Position numbers and translations under genes: made by a program. From Octopus sinensis (taxonomy: Eukaryota), in the NCBI RefSeq assembly GCF_006345805.1, contig NC_043001.1, positions 107,198,001 through 107,262,000 of the forward strand: a stretch of 64,000 nucleotides of DNA, given 5' to 3'. A model generated the notes under the pieces. The model worked only from the letters and a program-made list of their open reading frames with translations. It was not told the origin of the DNA and did no database searches. The stretch's first letter is position 1; each line of letters starts with the position of its first letter. This document shows, piece by piece, positions 12,620-27,017 of the stretch.

Positions 12620-15600
12620 TACACCACACAAACAGCAGAGAACCCCATGGAGGATCCAATGCCACCCAGTACACTTCAGGAAAGAAGAAATCAGGAAGGC
12701 ACCGAAGAACCTGTAAGTTCTACCTGCGGGGCAAATGTTGGCATGGTGAGGACGGCAAAAACTGCCGGTTCGCCCACCCGACACCCCGCCAGAACTTCAG
12801 GGGACTCAAAGAGTAAAGCTTTACCGAGGGAACACAAGAAATGTATCCCAGGAAAACTTTCAAAAACGAAGTGCGCTCCTCAGATGTTCTGCGCAACGCA
12901 GTAGCTGAGCAAGTGTCTTTTTTATGCATGGCAGAAAGAATTGTCCGGCAGCTAACCTGGCTACACCAAGCACAGAGAAGGAACCCTGCCCACCACTATG
13001 CAAGACCACCACAGTCAACAGACACGGGATGGCCTCCCCTAACGCCTGCACAGCCGTCACCCCAATACTTTTACTAAATATTGGGGGCCTGTTGCATCAA
13101 AATAGAAACAAAATTTCTTTCCTGAGAGATCTTACTGCATGCAATCAAGCCCTATGCATAGCACTAGTGGAAACTCACCTCAACCCTGATATAGAGGAGC
13201 GCAGAAGTACACATACAAACTATGCCATACTGCGAACAGACAGAAGAGGAAAGGAGCCATGGGGGTGTAGTGCTGTATACATCCGAGATGACCTCACACC
13301 ACAGGTCTTGATGACATACTCAAATTCGGTATGTGACACCTTAATTGTATACATAAGTCAACATAATATAGTCATATGCAATACATATTGCCCACCGGAT
13401 GCCCCAAATCACATAGGCAAGTTTGAAGATTGCCTCACAAGAATTAAAGAAATCTCATGAATCTGGAACACCACGTGACCATATTCTTATGGGTGATTTC
13501 AACTTCCCAACGTCAAATGACCCGAAGGTCACATACTATCAGGAATGAATCATTGCAAGCAAGTACAGGTGGAGTCCCTGCTCAACCTCACCAATGCCTT
13601 ATTCATGGAGCAAGTTGTACTCAAGCAAACTAGGGCGAATAACATTCTGGATCTCTGCTTCACGAACAATATGGACATCATTCATGATGTGAAAGTGACA
13701 CCGACATCAGTTTCGGATCACAACATAATAGAGCTGTCTATGTTTGGGCCGAAAGTAACCAGAGACATACAGCCGAAAGGAAGCACCCGAAATCTCTCCA
13801 ATCTGAACTTCCATAAAGCAGATTGGAAATCGATCCAAAAAGAGATCCTCAGAGAGGACTGGCCGGAATGTCTCTCCACACCAGACATTGACATGGAACT
13901 AGAATGTTTCATGTCTTCTGTGCAAGCCGCATGCCAGAAATATGTCCCAGAGCACAAGGCCGAAACAAATAGGAGCAAAATTCCAAGAGACAGGAAAATC
14001 CTCATGAGACGACGGACGAAGGTTGCAAATCGTCTCAACCAACATCCCAAAAGTAGCGAAACGTCCCGCCTAAAAACAACACTGATGGAGATCGAAAAAA
14101 GGCTGCAATAATCCTATGTGAAGGAGAAAGCAGACAAAGAAGCTTGGGTTATAAAAAAACATTAAATCAAACCCAGAGGCCTTCTTTCATTACGCGAAAG
14201 AAACAGTCTCAGTGCACTACAAGATAGGACCCCTCTTCCAAAAGGATGGCTCCCTCACAGACGGTCCAACTATGATCAGTGAGATGCTGAATGACCAGTT
14301 CAAAAGTGTCTTTACCACCCCGTTGGAACACAGACAAGTGAACGAACCAGTGGACTTCTTTGCCGCCTCACCTATAACCAGCGAGGCGGTTACAATAGAA
14401 TGTATTGACTTAGCGAAAAAGAGATGTCCTAGTAGCCATAGATGAAGTGGACACAAACTCAGCTGCTGGTCCAGACGGTTTCCCCCAGCCATCCTCCTCA
14501 AAGCGTGTAAGCATGCCCTGGCAAAACCCCTGAAGATTCTCTTCAGAGCTTTCTTGCGAATGGCAAACTGCCAGCAAGCTGAAGGCGGGATAATATGCCC
14601 AATACATAAAGGGGGAAGTAGAGCAGATGCCAAAAACTATAGGCCTATCTATCTGACTTCACACATCAGCAAAGTCATGGAACGGATAGTCAGAAAGAAA
14701 CTAATCGCATTCCTTGAGGAAAATAACTTGCTGAGTAATACCCAGCATGGTTTTCGACCAGGTAGGAGCTGCCTGACCCAGCTCTTACAGCATATGACTG
14801 CGTGTTGAGGCAGTTACTCAACAAATCAAATGTGGACGTAATCTACCTTGATTTTGCAAAAGCTTTTGACAAGGTGGATCATGGTATGATATGCCACAAA
14901 TTACGTGACCTCGGCATAGCTGGAAAACTTGGAGTGTTGTTGCATGACTTCCTGAAAGATAGGAGTCAGGCAGTAGTGGTTAATGGAGCCACCTCTATGA
15001 ACACACAAATAGTGAGCGGTGTTCCACAGGGCACTGTCATGGGACCACTGCTTTTTATAGTGGCCCTCTCAGATATCCCTCAAATGCCCGATAGCTACTC
15101 TGGCTAGCTATGCAGACGATACGGACTCTCTCGCAAAATACAGAACCCCAGCGCGATGTTGCACACCTGCAGCAGGAGTTGGACTCAATCTACAGATGGG
15201 CTGAGGATAATAATATGCATTTTAATGCTGAAAAATTCCAGGCCCTGCGCTACCAGCATCCAAAACTGAATATTAAACTTACAAGATACACCGGTCCACA
15301 GGGAATTTCAATCCCAGAGCCTAAGTCTGTGAGGGACCTGGGTATCGACATGAGTGATGATACCTCTTTCCAAGTGCACATTACCAGGATGGCGACAAAG
15401 TGCAGACGACTGGCTGGGTGGATCCTAACATTCAGAACCAGAGATAAGGAAACGATGATGGTCCTCTAGCGGACATTCGTCCTCAGTCGCCTGGTTTACT
15501 GCTCACAGCTATGGTCACCCACCAGTGTAAAAATAACAGCGGACCTTGAAGCAATCCAGAGAAGATTGACAAAGAAGATCGTCTCATTGCAACAGCTAAG

Positions 15601-15935
15601 CTACTGGGAAAGGTTGAAACAGCTAAGACTCTACTCCCTGGAGAGATGACGGGAAAGGTATGCAGTAATATATGTCTGGAAGATCCTGGAAGAAATTGTG
15701 CCAAATTTTGGCATTGTAAGCAAGGGCCTACAGCTTTTTGATATTCTCACAAAGAGTCCGAGGAAGTTGCACAAAGTAGATGTAGCGGTTTTTAAATCAA
15801 AGCTGGACATCTTTCTGTCAAGAGTCCCAGATGAACCTATCTCACGGCAAGAGGTGCAAATGAGAGTAGCTGTATCAAACTCCATTCTTCACCAAGTGCC
15901 ACATATTAGACGAGGCTCGTCGTAATAACAGTGTA
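12620..15935 (+). mobile_element. CR1/L2-group LINE (CCCH fingers, APE, RT), multiply disrupted and missing its 3' tail
   Basis: [19 protein letters not shown] finger. APE motifs LLLNIGG, LVETHL, GDF, NILDLCF, SDHN. RT motifs NYRPI, QHGFRPGRSCLTQLL, YLDFAKAFDKVDH, SGVPQG and YADD at the 15107 break. C-terminus VPDEP..SNSILHQ. Confidence 0.92.
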
Positions 15936-16617
15936 GCACAGAAACATACACACACAGACGCATATATATATGTATATATAAATATATATATATGTATATA
16001 TGTATGTGTACTTCCGTCGTAACTGCTATCCTGTCTTTTCTCGCCCGCCTTCTAAGGCCACTGGTCGACATTCTTTCTCTCTCGTCGTCCACTATAATCC
16101 AGCGTTTGCATTACTTTTTTCGTCTGGCGTAAACAGCCCTTCTTATCTTGTTCTCCTTGTCCTGTCTCTCACTGTTATATATTTATTTTTCAACTGTTTA
16201 TATATAATTTTTTTTTTTTTTACTGTTTATATGTTTGTACTGTCGTTACCGTCTTGCTTTTTTTACCATTTTTTTACCCCTCTGCGAAAAGATCTCAGAA
16301 TTTTAATTGATTTGCTTTTCGCAGGAAGGAAGTTTCTTCGAAGTATACGTCTCGCTTTTATCCTTCGAAACGTAGAGTAGATGAAACCTTAGCGACTGAA
16401 GAAGGGGATTTTTCGTTGTGCTTATTGTCCTGTATCTCTTTTTTTCTTTTTTGCTTGTCCTGTTCCTTGGTTTGTGTCTATGTTTTTTCGTATCTCTATG
16501 TGTTCGACGTCTTTTTGGTGTCCTGTACACATATATGCGTGTATATGTACATGTAGAGGTAGGTACGTACATATATGTTTATATATATGCATATGTTCTA
16601 TTTTTTAACATATATAT

Positions 16618-16687
<70 letters not shown>

Positions 16688-16695
16688 ATATATAA

Positions 16696-16760
<65 letters not shown>

Positions 16761-17690
16761 ATATCTATCTATTATATATATATATAATATATATATATTA
16801 TATATTATATATATATATGTTATATAAAAAAAAAGCAATAGGTATATATATATATTTATATATACCTAATCATTTTATTATTTTATAATAGCCTATATGA
16901 ATTAACCTATTTTTGTACGCCTCTAAATTCATATTTAGCTTATATAAAACAATACCGACATCTTCACAACTTAGTATGAACTGCTTAGATTATAATTTAA
17001 TTAATATATATATTGATAGTTAGCATGTCCTTTCGCCTCAGTATTTCTTTATTGAATACCAGTAAATGCCAATGACCTATCTTCATTGATGCCATCTAAA
17101 AAGTTAATATTTATGTATGTGATATGTATAAATATTAAACTATTTCTATGCAATTTCTTTTCCTCCCTCTATTGTGGTAAAATTTGGTATATACTCAAAA
17201 GTATTCAAAAAATTTAATCCGTTTGTTATAACGTATTGCGTATCAGGGGAGGCAACTTGTCCCTGAGTTAGTGTTCATATCTGTATATATGAATATATAT
17301 ATATATATATACATATATATAGTGTTAGGTGTGGTGTACAGAAAATTATTATTGAGAAAAAAATGTCGTCAGAATTTTGGAAGAAAAATCTTTTTATTTC
17401 TTTAATATTATTAGTGCTTTCGTTCGCTTCTCGATCTTGTCAAATTAAATTTTGTGAATGTAAAAACGGCTTGTTCATTTATATAAAGGAGATGTGTTTT
17501 TGTGTGTTTTGTTTAGGAGGGAACATTGTTTTTGTTTTGGGGTGATGTTCCATGATAATGGAGATGGATAGGTAGATAGATAGATAGGTAGATAGATAGA
17601 CAGAAAGATAGATAGATAAATAGATACATAGTGAGACAGATAATGGAGAAATAAAAATACTTTTTCCAAAATTCTCAATAACACACATGT

Positions 17691-17769
<79 letters not shown>

Positions 17770-17789
17770 CATACATATATATATATTTG

Positions 17790-18870
17790 TAATAGTCTGT
17801 ATGAAATTAACCTCATTTTTGTACCCCTAGAAATTCATATTTAGCTTATATAAAACAATACCGACATCTTCACGACTTAGTATAAACTGCTTAGATTATA
17901 ATTTAATTAATATATATATTGATAGTTAGCAAGTTCTTTCGCCTCAGTATTTCTTTATTGAATACCAGTAAATGCCAATGACCTATCTTCATAGATACCA
18001 TCTAACAAGTTAATATTTATGTATGTGATATGTATAAATATTAAACTATTTCTATGCAATTTCCTTTCCTCCCTCTATTGTGGTAAAATTTTGGTATATA
18101 CTCAAAAGTATTCATAAAATTTTATCCTTTTGTTATAATATTCTTCTTAATAATCTTGATAACGATAAATTTTAACTTAATACAATATAGCAATAGTGTT
18201 TAAAATATTCAACTATTGTACCCCATGATAAAATTTCCCCTGTTTAATCATCATTGGTTTACTAGAGTCTTGCCCCTTTAATTGATAACTAACATCTTGA
18301 TTTAAGATTTCCTTTACCAAATCTCATTATATAGCTTCAAATTAATTTTGATAGTTTTATGACTATACCCACTATGATTTCTGTCGAATCCCTCAGCCCC
18401 TTTCCTAACAGACACTGCTCCTTGTTCCTTGATTTTGATAAACAAAGATTTGATAAACAGGACTGTAAATTAAAACTGACCCCCCAAAACGGTGACAAGC
18501 TAGATCTCTAACAAGTCTTTCTTCTTGAAACCTTAGTAGCTTCTAAGCTGAAGTGAAGACAGCATGTTCTTTGTCTATCTCCTTACATTCTTGGAGGTTT
18601 TAGGTAAAATTATACTAATGTGTCCATCTGTTTTAATTTAATTTAATTCTATGTCTTTATGCAGCTGAGGATTGCTCTGCATTTAAATTGATGTAATGTT
18701 TGCATTGTTCAATTAAATGGAGTCACTTGAAATGAACGTTCTACATTACATCTGGATATCCTGTTGCTTATTTTGATTTTGATCACTTTATTTTGAAACT
18801 GTTTGGATAATACCGTATTAAATTCGGGTGCTTCAACTTAAGTACCTAATTCATCTGAATCTAAATTTTT
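17790..18870 (-). mobile_element. Longest version of block A; possibly a very decayed Penelope-type RT
   Basis: Only faint, frame-broken resemblance (KQG..MGYNS; YIDD-like GIYED). The identity is weak. Confidence 0.3.
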
Positions 18871-18999
18871 GCTATACATATACATATATATACATATACA
18901 TACATACATACACATACATACATACATTACTTACACACACACACACACACACACACCACACACACACACACATATAATATATATATATATACTTTATAT

Positions 19000-20965
19000 C
19001 CGATCTAGTGTCAACTCATGAGCTGTGGTCAAGCTGGGACACCACCATTTGGTGTTGCTACATAATTTTAATTCACTAATTCTTTTTAGAAATTGACGTT
19101 TGGTGCATGAGGGAATTTGATGCTGCTGCCCTCATCTGCATATCCTGCTGTGAAGTTGATTCATCTGGGACACTTGACTGTAAGAGGTTTAGTTCCGTTT
19201 TGAAGTCACTTACATCCACCCAATGTAGGTCTCTCAGGTCCATCGGGAGGATAATGAAGAGTTGTAGACCATTAAAGACCAGGCTCTTGCAATCTCTTGT
19301 CCTATATCTTGATGGAATCTTTGGCACTATGCAGTAGCGCCCTGTCCTAACAGTGTAACTCTCGATGCTAAAGAGTGGGACAAGTCCATCTGAGATCTTC
19401 CAGATGTATATTATGGCATATCTTTCCCGCCTACGCTCTACGGAACAGAGTCTCTATCTCTTGAGTCTTTTCCAGTAGCTTACATGCTGCATCGAGGCTA
19501 CCTTCTTCGTTTAGCTTCGTTGGATTGCCTCAAGTTCTGCAATTAATTTTACACTGGTTGGTGACCATAGCTGGGAGCAATAGTCAAGAGGCTTAGGACA
19601 AATGGCTTCCAGAGGACCATCATGGTTTCCTGATCTCTCGTTCTAAAAGTTCTAAGAATCCATCTGATCAGCCGCTTGCATTTCATTGCCAACTTAGCAG
19701 CATGCATCATTACTCGTGTAAATGTCCAGATCTCGCACTGACTGTGTCTCTGAGATTGCAATCCTTCCAGGTCCAGTGTATTTAATTGGTATAGCATTTA
19801 GTTTTTCATGTTGATAGCACAAGGCTTGGAACTTTTCAGCATTAAACTGCATGCTATTCTTCACAGCCCACTTGTATATTTCATCCAACTCGCATTGCAG
19901 GTGCATAGCGTCTTCAGGGTTTTGTATCACCTGTGAGACTTTTGTGTCATCTGCATGACTTGTGATCGTGGCTCTGTGTGTGGCTGAGGGCATACCTAAG
20001 GGGGCCATTATGAACAGTAGTGGTCCCAAAACAGTGCTTTGCGGAACACCGCTCACTATTTGCATGTCACTGGAGGTGGCCCCATTGACTACTAACACCT
20101 GACTTCTATCCTTTAGAAAGTCGTAAAGCCATTCTCCCATTCTCCCTTTGCCGAGATCATGCAGTTTGTGACATATCATTCCATGATCAACTTTATCAAA
20201 GGCCTTTGCAAAGGCGAGATATATCACATCCACATTTGATTGGTAGTGCAGCTGTTTCAACACCCAGTGTTGCAAGAGTTGAGTCAGGCAGCTTCTTCCT
20301 GGTCAGAAAACATATTGGGTGTCAGTCAGCAAGTCATTTTCCTGAAGGAAGGTGATTAGGTTTCTTCTGACTATTCGTTCCATGACTTTGCTGATGTGTG
20401 AGGTCAGAGAGATAGGTCTGTAGCTTTTAGCCTCTGCTCTGCTACCACCATTATGAATGGGGCACATTTTACCCTCCTTCAGCTTGCTTGGAAGTTTACC
20501 AGTTGCGAGGAAGCTCTAGAACACGGACTGCAGTGGTCTTGCTAGGACTCGCTTACATGCCTTTAGAAGGATTGCTGGGAATCCATTAGGGCCAGTTCGG
20601 GTTCATTTCATCTATAGCCCTTATTACACGTCTTTTATATTGATGTAGTCAATCATCACTGCCTCTGTTTTTATATCTGCAGTGGTAAAAAAAATCAGCT
20701 GGCTTGCTGACTTGCAAATATCATAGGGACCGAAAACACTTTTGAATTGCTCATCTAGTATTTCATTTATTCTCATTGAGTTTCCGGTGAGTGAACCATT
20801 GTTTTCGAGGAGTGGCCCCACCCTGTAGTGCACTGAGGTTGTTCCTTTGGCAAACTTGTAGAAGGATCTGGGGTTAGAGTTTATACTGTCTATAACCAAG
20901 TCTTCTTTGTCTGCTCTTTCTTTTTCATGGGAGAGTTGCAGATTTTTTTAATCTCCACCAGTTGT
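19000..20965 (-). mobile_element. Second CR1/L2-group LINE copy, 5'-truncated with the 3' tail retained
   Basis: DVIYLAFAKAFDKVDH, SGVPQ, HADD and VPDESTSQQDMQMRAAASNSLMHQ. The minus-strand tail reads GGTGGTGTCCCAGCTTGACCACAGCTCATGAGTTGACACTAG. Confidence 0.92.
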
Positions 20966-21585
20966 ATTTTCAGGCGGGATTTTTCTCTTCTTTATATATA
21001 TATATGAATCATTTAGCCCATTCGGTCATGTCTGTGGTCATGCACACACACACACACAACATATATATATATATATGTATATACATGCATACATCATATA
21101 TGTATATAATATATATAATATATGAATGTATATATACAAATATACATGTATATACTATATATATATATAATATATATATCTAATATATATATATATATAT
21201 ATCTATATATATCTACATGTAAAGTGTGTGTGTGTGTGGAGAGAGAGAGAGGAGAGAGGGGGAGGGGTAGAGGGAGTAAGGAAGTTAGAGGAGTGAAAAA
21301 CTTGAATTTCTAGAAAATGTTTTAGAAGAAAAACAAGAAAAAAATATTCTTTTACTTTTATTTTCAGTGAGCGGAGTGCTGCTTTGCTGGGGCGTGGCAA
21401 AAGTGTTTCATTGAACAAACCGATCCAAGTATTTATTCTTGTTAAGTCCGGTCCCCTTTGTTTTAATTTTGTCTCTTTTACCGAAATGCAAATTTTCAGG
21501 GAAATAAAGAATCTACCAGGGGTGGTGATGCAGTGCGAAGTCAAATATAAAGACATGCACACACACACACGAGCACGCTCGCACG

Positions 21586-21621
<36 letters not shown>

Positions 21622-21633
21622 CACGCTCGCACG

Positions 21634-21677
<44 letters not shown>

Positions 21678-21920
21678 TACATACATAGGTACATATTTAC
21701 ATACATACAACGGACTACAAATACCCTTTCCTTGTACTACATTCACTCACAAGACATAGGTCAGCCCAGAGCTATAAATGGGTAAACTTGCCCCCAAGGT
21801 GCCATGCAGTGAGATTGAACCTAAAACTACATGCATCTTAAGTAAGCTTCTGAACCAAACAGCAAAATCTACTGCAGCTACTTCATAAATCTCTTAGAGA
21901 GATTTATGCAGTAGCAGCAT

Positions 21921-22146
21921 GATAAAGTGATAGTATGTGGTCAACTTAATGTGACAGTCCCATGAAAGGGAAGAATGCTACTGTTATTTAACCCTAGGAA
22001 ACACCGTTTCCTGTTGGACTTGACATAAGGACACAGGAAATGCGTCAAGTCCAACAGGAAACGGTGTTTCCTAGGGCTAATAGCAGTAGCATTCTTCCCT
22101 TTTATGAGGCTGCCACATTAAGTTGACAACATACTATCAGTTTATT
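21921..22146. repeat. ~225 bp fold-back with a perfect 33 bp inner stem
   Basis: 21992-22024 is the exact reverse complement of 22044-22076 around a 19 nt loop. The outer ~70 bp arms are imperfect. Confidence 0.95.
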
Positions 22147-22649
22147 GGGTTGCAGTTGGTTGCATACGCCAAAATGGCGAAGAAGGCAGCAAAATGTGAT
22201 AGAAGTGAGAAATCAAATTTGTTTCATGCAAAATTGTAATTTCTGGTGCTATAATCCAGCAAAGTTTTTAAAATAAATAATTACTGTAGGGAGAGAAAAA
22301 AGAAGGATTAAAGTTAAGCAAAAACGAATATAACCGAATTTGATGTTCCACAAGTTATGATACGTTGTAACAACGGATTTTAAAATGTCTACTTCCCACT
22401 TATGCTGACTTTCAACTCTGCGTGTCTTTTGTGTCTTTTCTTTTCTCCTCTAAAATTCTTTTAATTCTGTGTTTCTCACAGAACACTTCTTTTTGATCTG
22501 GTTGTGTTGTTTTCATTTCCTTTGTTCTCTCTTCAAGCGTAAGGATTTGGCTGCTATTGCTCAGAATACTAAATTCCCTGGGAAAGTGTGAATAACAACA
22601 ACAACAACAATAACAGCAACAGCAGCAATAACAACAACATCAACAACAA

Positions 22650-24395
22650 TACGAAATAAGTGAGCAACGGCAAGCCGACCAGGCAAGAGCAATAAGAGCA
22701 AAAGGGTGGTTAAGAGACATGGAAACAGAGGAGATAAAAAGGAAAGTATGAGACAGAAATAATACTTCACCAACGGTGAGAATAGAAAAATGAAAGGCAA
22801 CAATGAAGACGTAGAGCAAAGTGTAAATGTAAATGCATTCTCAGCAAATGAAGCCGAAGTAACAGGAAGAGATATATCACAAGAATACGATGATGACCAA
22901 CAAGATATAGTGAGGACGCTGTGCCGATATATTAGCGGAGACCAGAATCAAGAACGCCCTAAACTGAGTTACATCGATCGACGCAAACTCAAAGTTGAAA
23001 CCGAAAAGATAGATTCGGTTCTTGGGCTGCTTCAGTGGGGAAATATAACTGAAACTAACAAGATTATTTGGGCTGCAGCTATGGTTGCTGCAGACAGAGT
23101 TGGATAGAAAAGAAAAGAAGAAACAAGGTAAAGAGCCATAATGGCGAAGACGAATTTGTGAGGAAGAAAGTTTAAAAAGACATTTGGGACACGTTGATAG
23201 ATTGAGAATAGGGGAATTGGAGAACGAAAGCATAAGAATAATGCTGGAGAGAATATATAGAATAAAGGGTATGGTGTGATATTAGAAGAATTGAAAGAAA
23301 GAGTAATAGCAGTCAAAGCAAAACTAAAAAGATATGACAATAGAAAAAGATAGTTCAGGCAAAACGGATTGTTTGAAGCAAATCAGAATAAACTGTTTCA
23401 GGAGCTACATAGGGAATTACACGTAACAATGATACCAGATGCAAAGGAAAGCAGAGCATTCTGGGGAGGGACCTGGGATCAATCTGTAGAATATAATGAT
23501 GAAACGGAGTGGCTGCATGAAATCCAAGATAGGCCAAGAAATATAGAAGGACAAGAAGACATAGAAATAACTACAGAGGTGATAAAAAAAAGCAGTTAAA
23601 TAAATTCTCAAATTGGAAGAGTCAAGGACCGGATGGGGTCGGAGGTTATTGGATGAAGAAGCTGAGAGGGCTTCACGAAAGGATAGAGAAACAGCTAAAT
23701 CAGTGCCTGTAGCAAGGCGCAGTACCCAGCGGGATGACAAAGTACATTGTTATGTGCCAAGGATCCCGAGAAGGGAAATGCTACATCCAGCTTTCGACCA
23801 ATAACATGTCTTCCACTAATGTGGAGACTAATGCTAGGTGCTTTAGTCAGTGAACTGTATAGATACTTAAAAAATAATGGGCTGCTATCTGTTGAACAGA
23901 AAGGGTGCCGGGGAACGAAGGATCAGCTCTTAATCGATAATCTAACAATCAGAAACTGCAAGAGAAGACACACAAACCTGAGCATGGCATGGGTTGACTA
24001 TCGGAAAGTATACGATATGATGCCACACTTCTGGATTACAAGAACAACGGAAATGCATGGAGTAGCAGAAAATATGAGAACACTTATATGGTTCATTATG
24101 AAATGGTACGAAATAGCCCAACTGTGGAAAATGAAGGTGAAGATAGTGCCTATTATTGTTGGGTTCTTGGGGACACTATGGGAAAGCATCAAAAGGAATA
24201 TAAAGGAAATTGGAATAGAGTGTCCAGTAGAACTGTTACAAAAGGTTTGCCTCCTTGGCACGGCCAGAGTAATCAGGAAAGTATTAGATAGCTGAAAAGA
24301 ACGGACAGCATCGTACCAAGTCCGCTACGCTTGCAAAACTCCAGGAGTTCTAACAAAACTTGTGATAAAAAGAAATAATAATCAATAATATTTAA
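22650..24395 (+). mobile_element. R4/Dong-type LINE with N-terminal region and a large internal deletion from RT to the RLE end
   Basis: [48 protein letters not shown] and [10 protein letters not shown] jump to [28 protein letters not shown]. It follows a (CAA)n tract and ends in TAATAAT. Confidence 0.88.
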
Positions 24396-25278
24396 TACAC
24401 TAACTTTTTGTTTTTGTGCGTACCTGTTGTGTGCGTCACACTTCAAAGAAGTGGCAAAGCGAGAGAGAGGACGTAAGAGAGAAAGAGAGTGAGAAAGAGA
24501 GAGAGAGAGAGAGAGAAAAAAAAAAGTGAGCGAGAAAAAGAGAGAGTGAAAAAGACAGTGAGTGGTTATGGCGTTCGTTTTGTGTTTTTAAATGTTTATC
24601 ACATCACAAGAGAAGTAGATACCTAAATACATATACACATTGTTAAATCAAAAGCGGGAGAGAAGAGGGACACAGAGGAAGTGAAAGAGAAAAAGAGAAA
24701 GTGAAAAAGACAGTAGATACATAAATCCAAAGAAAAGTTCATACATAGATACATACACACAGTTTCACTTTTCATTACCACACGAGGGTAAAATTAACTC
24801 ACAAATGGCTGAGTACTCCACAGACATGCATAACGTTAACGTAATTGACAAGGTTGGCCCCTTTGAATTACAGCTACAACTCAAAACTTATATATAGGAA
24901 TTTATTTGTGTGTGTGTGTGTGTGTGCGAGTATAGTTTAGGTTAGTTAAAACGTATTTGCAATAATAAGAGTCGCATGGTGGAAATAAACGCAATTACCA
25001 AACTTTCATTCCTAAATCCATTTATTATTTCGTTCTTTTGCATTTCAATTTATACATTAAAGTTCTTTGAATATGTACGATGTATTTTAAGGTTAAATAG
25101 TAATTCCGTTTACGTTTGTGTAATTGAGATATTTTGGTTGGATTATATAGTCATTGGTGTCACATTACTTTATTCTGTAACTGTCACAATATAGTTTTCT
25201 AGGCCTGAGTTTCTTTGTGGGGAGGGGGGCAGTTGATTAGATCGACCCCAGTACACAACTGATGCTTAATTTATCGAC

Positions 25279-25475
25279 TCGGAATTAGTCTCATAGATTT
25301 TTTCCTCTTCAGTAGAAAATACGATAAGAAATAAATGAAATACTTACATGCGCCCATGAAAAAAAAAAGCCGAAGCAAAAGTCATGAGTACATATAAGTA
25401 CCCCAGTTATATCAAAATATAAAATTCTTCGTATTTTCTACTGAAGAGGAAAAAAATCTATGAGATTCATTCCGA
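25279..25475. repeat. Small element with ~46 bp inverted repeats (MITE-like)
   Basis: TCGGAATTAGTCTCATAGATTTTTTCCTCTTCAGTAGAAAATACGA (25279-25324) is nearly the reverse complement of 25429-25475. Confidence 0.8.
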
Positions 25476-25734
25476 AATTGATTCAATATAGAAATAACGA
25501 ACTTTTTAAAACAATTCTGTTGACTAGCTTCCCGATTTCAGTACAACGTATTTCTATAGTGATTATATGTGGAAATTGAAGATTTAAAAGTCTGTTATCA
25601 GCATATTGGCAGGGAAATAATTTTCTTGTGCCCTTGTTTATAAGTTGTTTATAATTTTAACCTTTAAAGGTATTTTAATAGGCTGCCACTTTTTGATGAA
25701 ATTTTTTCTCTAAAAAACTTCATCCTATATTAGT

Positions 25735-26260
<526 letters not shown>

Positions 26261-26795
26261 TGTGTGTTTGCTTTCATGTATGTAATCACAAACACACAGA
26301 CGCACACACATACACACCACACATTTCCACGTTTCTAATCTGAAACATTTCAATTCCACCATCTTTCGTTGCTGCACACAAGCTGTCACGTTATTGATTT
26401 ATAACAGTTATTATATATTTATATTTATTTACAGTATAATTCTTTGGAATGTACAAGTACTTCGTATAATATATTATCTGATACCGAAGCGGTCAGTTTT
26501 CTGACTTCCAAACTTATAAATCTAATCTCTGCAAATAGTTTTTTAATCCTAGACTTTGCGTAAAGCCTTCTGCCAATATTAGAGTCCTTGTTATTCATAG
26601 ATTGAGTTTTCGTCTGCCGTTCTGAGTTCACATAACTTGTATTTTTGCGCATTGTAATTGTAATTTTTATTGATTAAAACTTGGTGAGGGGTTTAATATA
26701 TGACACTCTTGTTAGTGCGAAAAGAACTTTTTAATCACACAGGTGTGCTCTCACCTGTATATTAGCATCAAATAAATATGCAATATTTTCATCAA

Positions 26796-27017
26796 GGCGG
26801 CGAGCTGGCAGAAACGTTAGCACGCCGGGCGAAATGCGTAGCCGTATTTCGTCTGCTGTTACGTTCTGAGTTCAAATTCCGCCCAGGTCGACTTTGCCTT
26901 TCATCCTTTCGAGGTCGATAATTTAAGTACCAGTTACGCACTGGGGTCGATGTAATCGACTAGACCTCTTCCCACCGAAATTTTCAAGACCTTGTGCCTA
27001 GAGTAGAAATAATTATT
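26796..27017 (+). mobile_element. SINE S1, full-length monomer
   Basis: GGCGGCGAGCTGGCAGAAACGTTAG head, GAGTTCAAATTCC B box, and a tail GTGCCTAGAGTAGAAATAATTATT. Confidence 0.9.

Noticed and set aside
16355-16412. CGAAACGTA followed by CTGAAGAAGG, a possible permuted hammerhead
   Set aside because: Helix I cannot be paired and helix II is poor. It is more likely a rearranged PLE-type terminal repeat.
26796-26885. tRNA-like A/B boxes here and at 29907, 38278 and 58634
   Set aside because: No complete cloverleaf, and each continues into a multi-copy body, so they are SINE heads rather than tRNA genes.
26985-27012. Resemblance of the S1 tail (CTTGTGCCTAGAG) to the Dong C/D hairpin arm (CTTGCCCTAGG)
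   Set aside because: The match is too short, there is no complementary arm, and S1 copies inside the TAA arrays are antisense to Dong.
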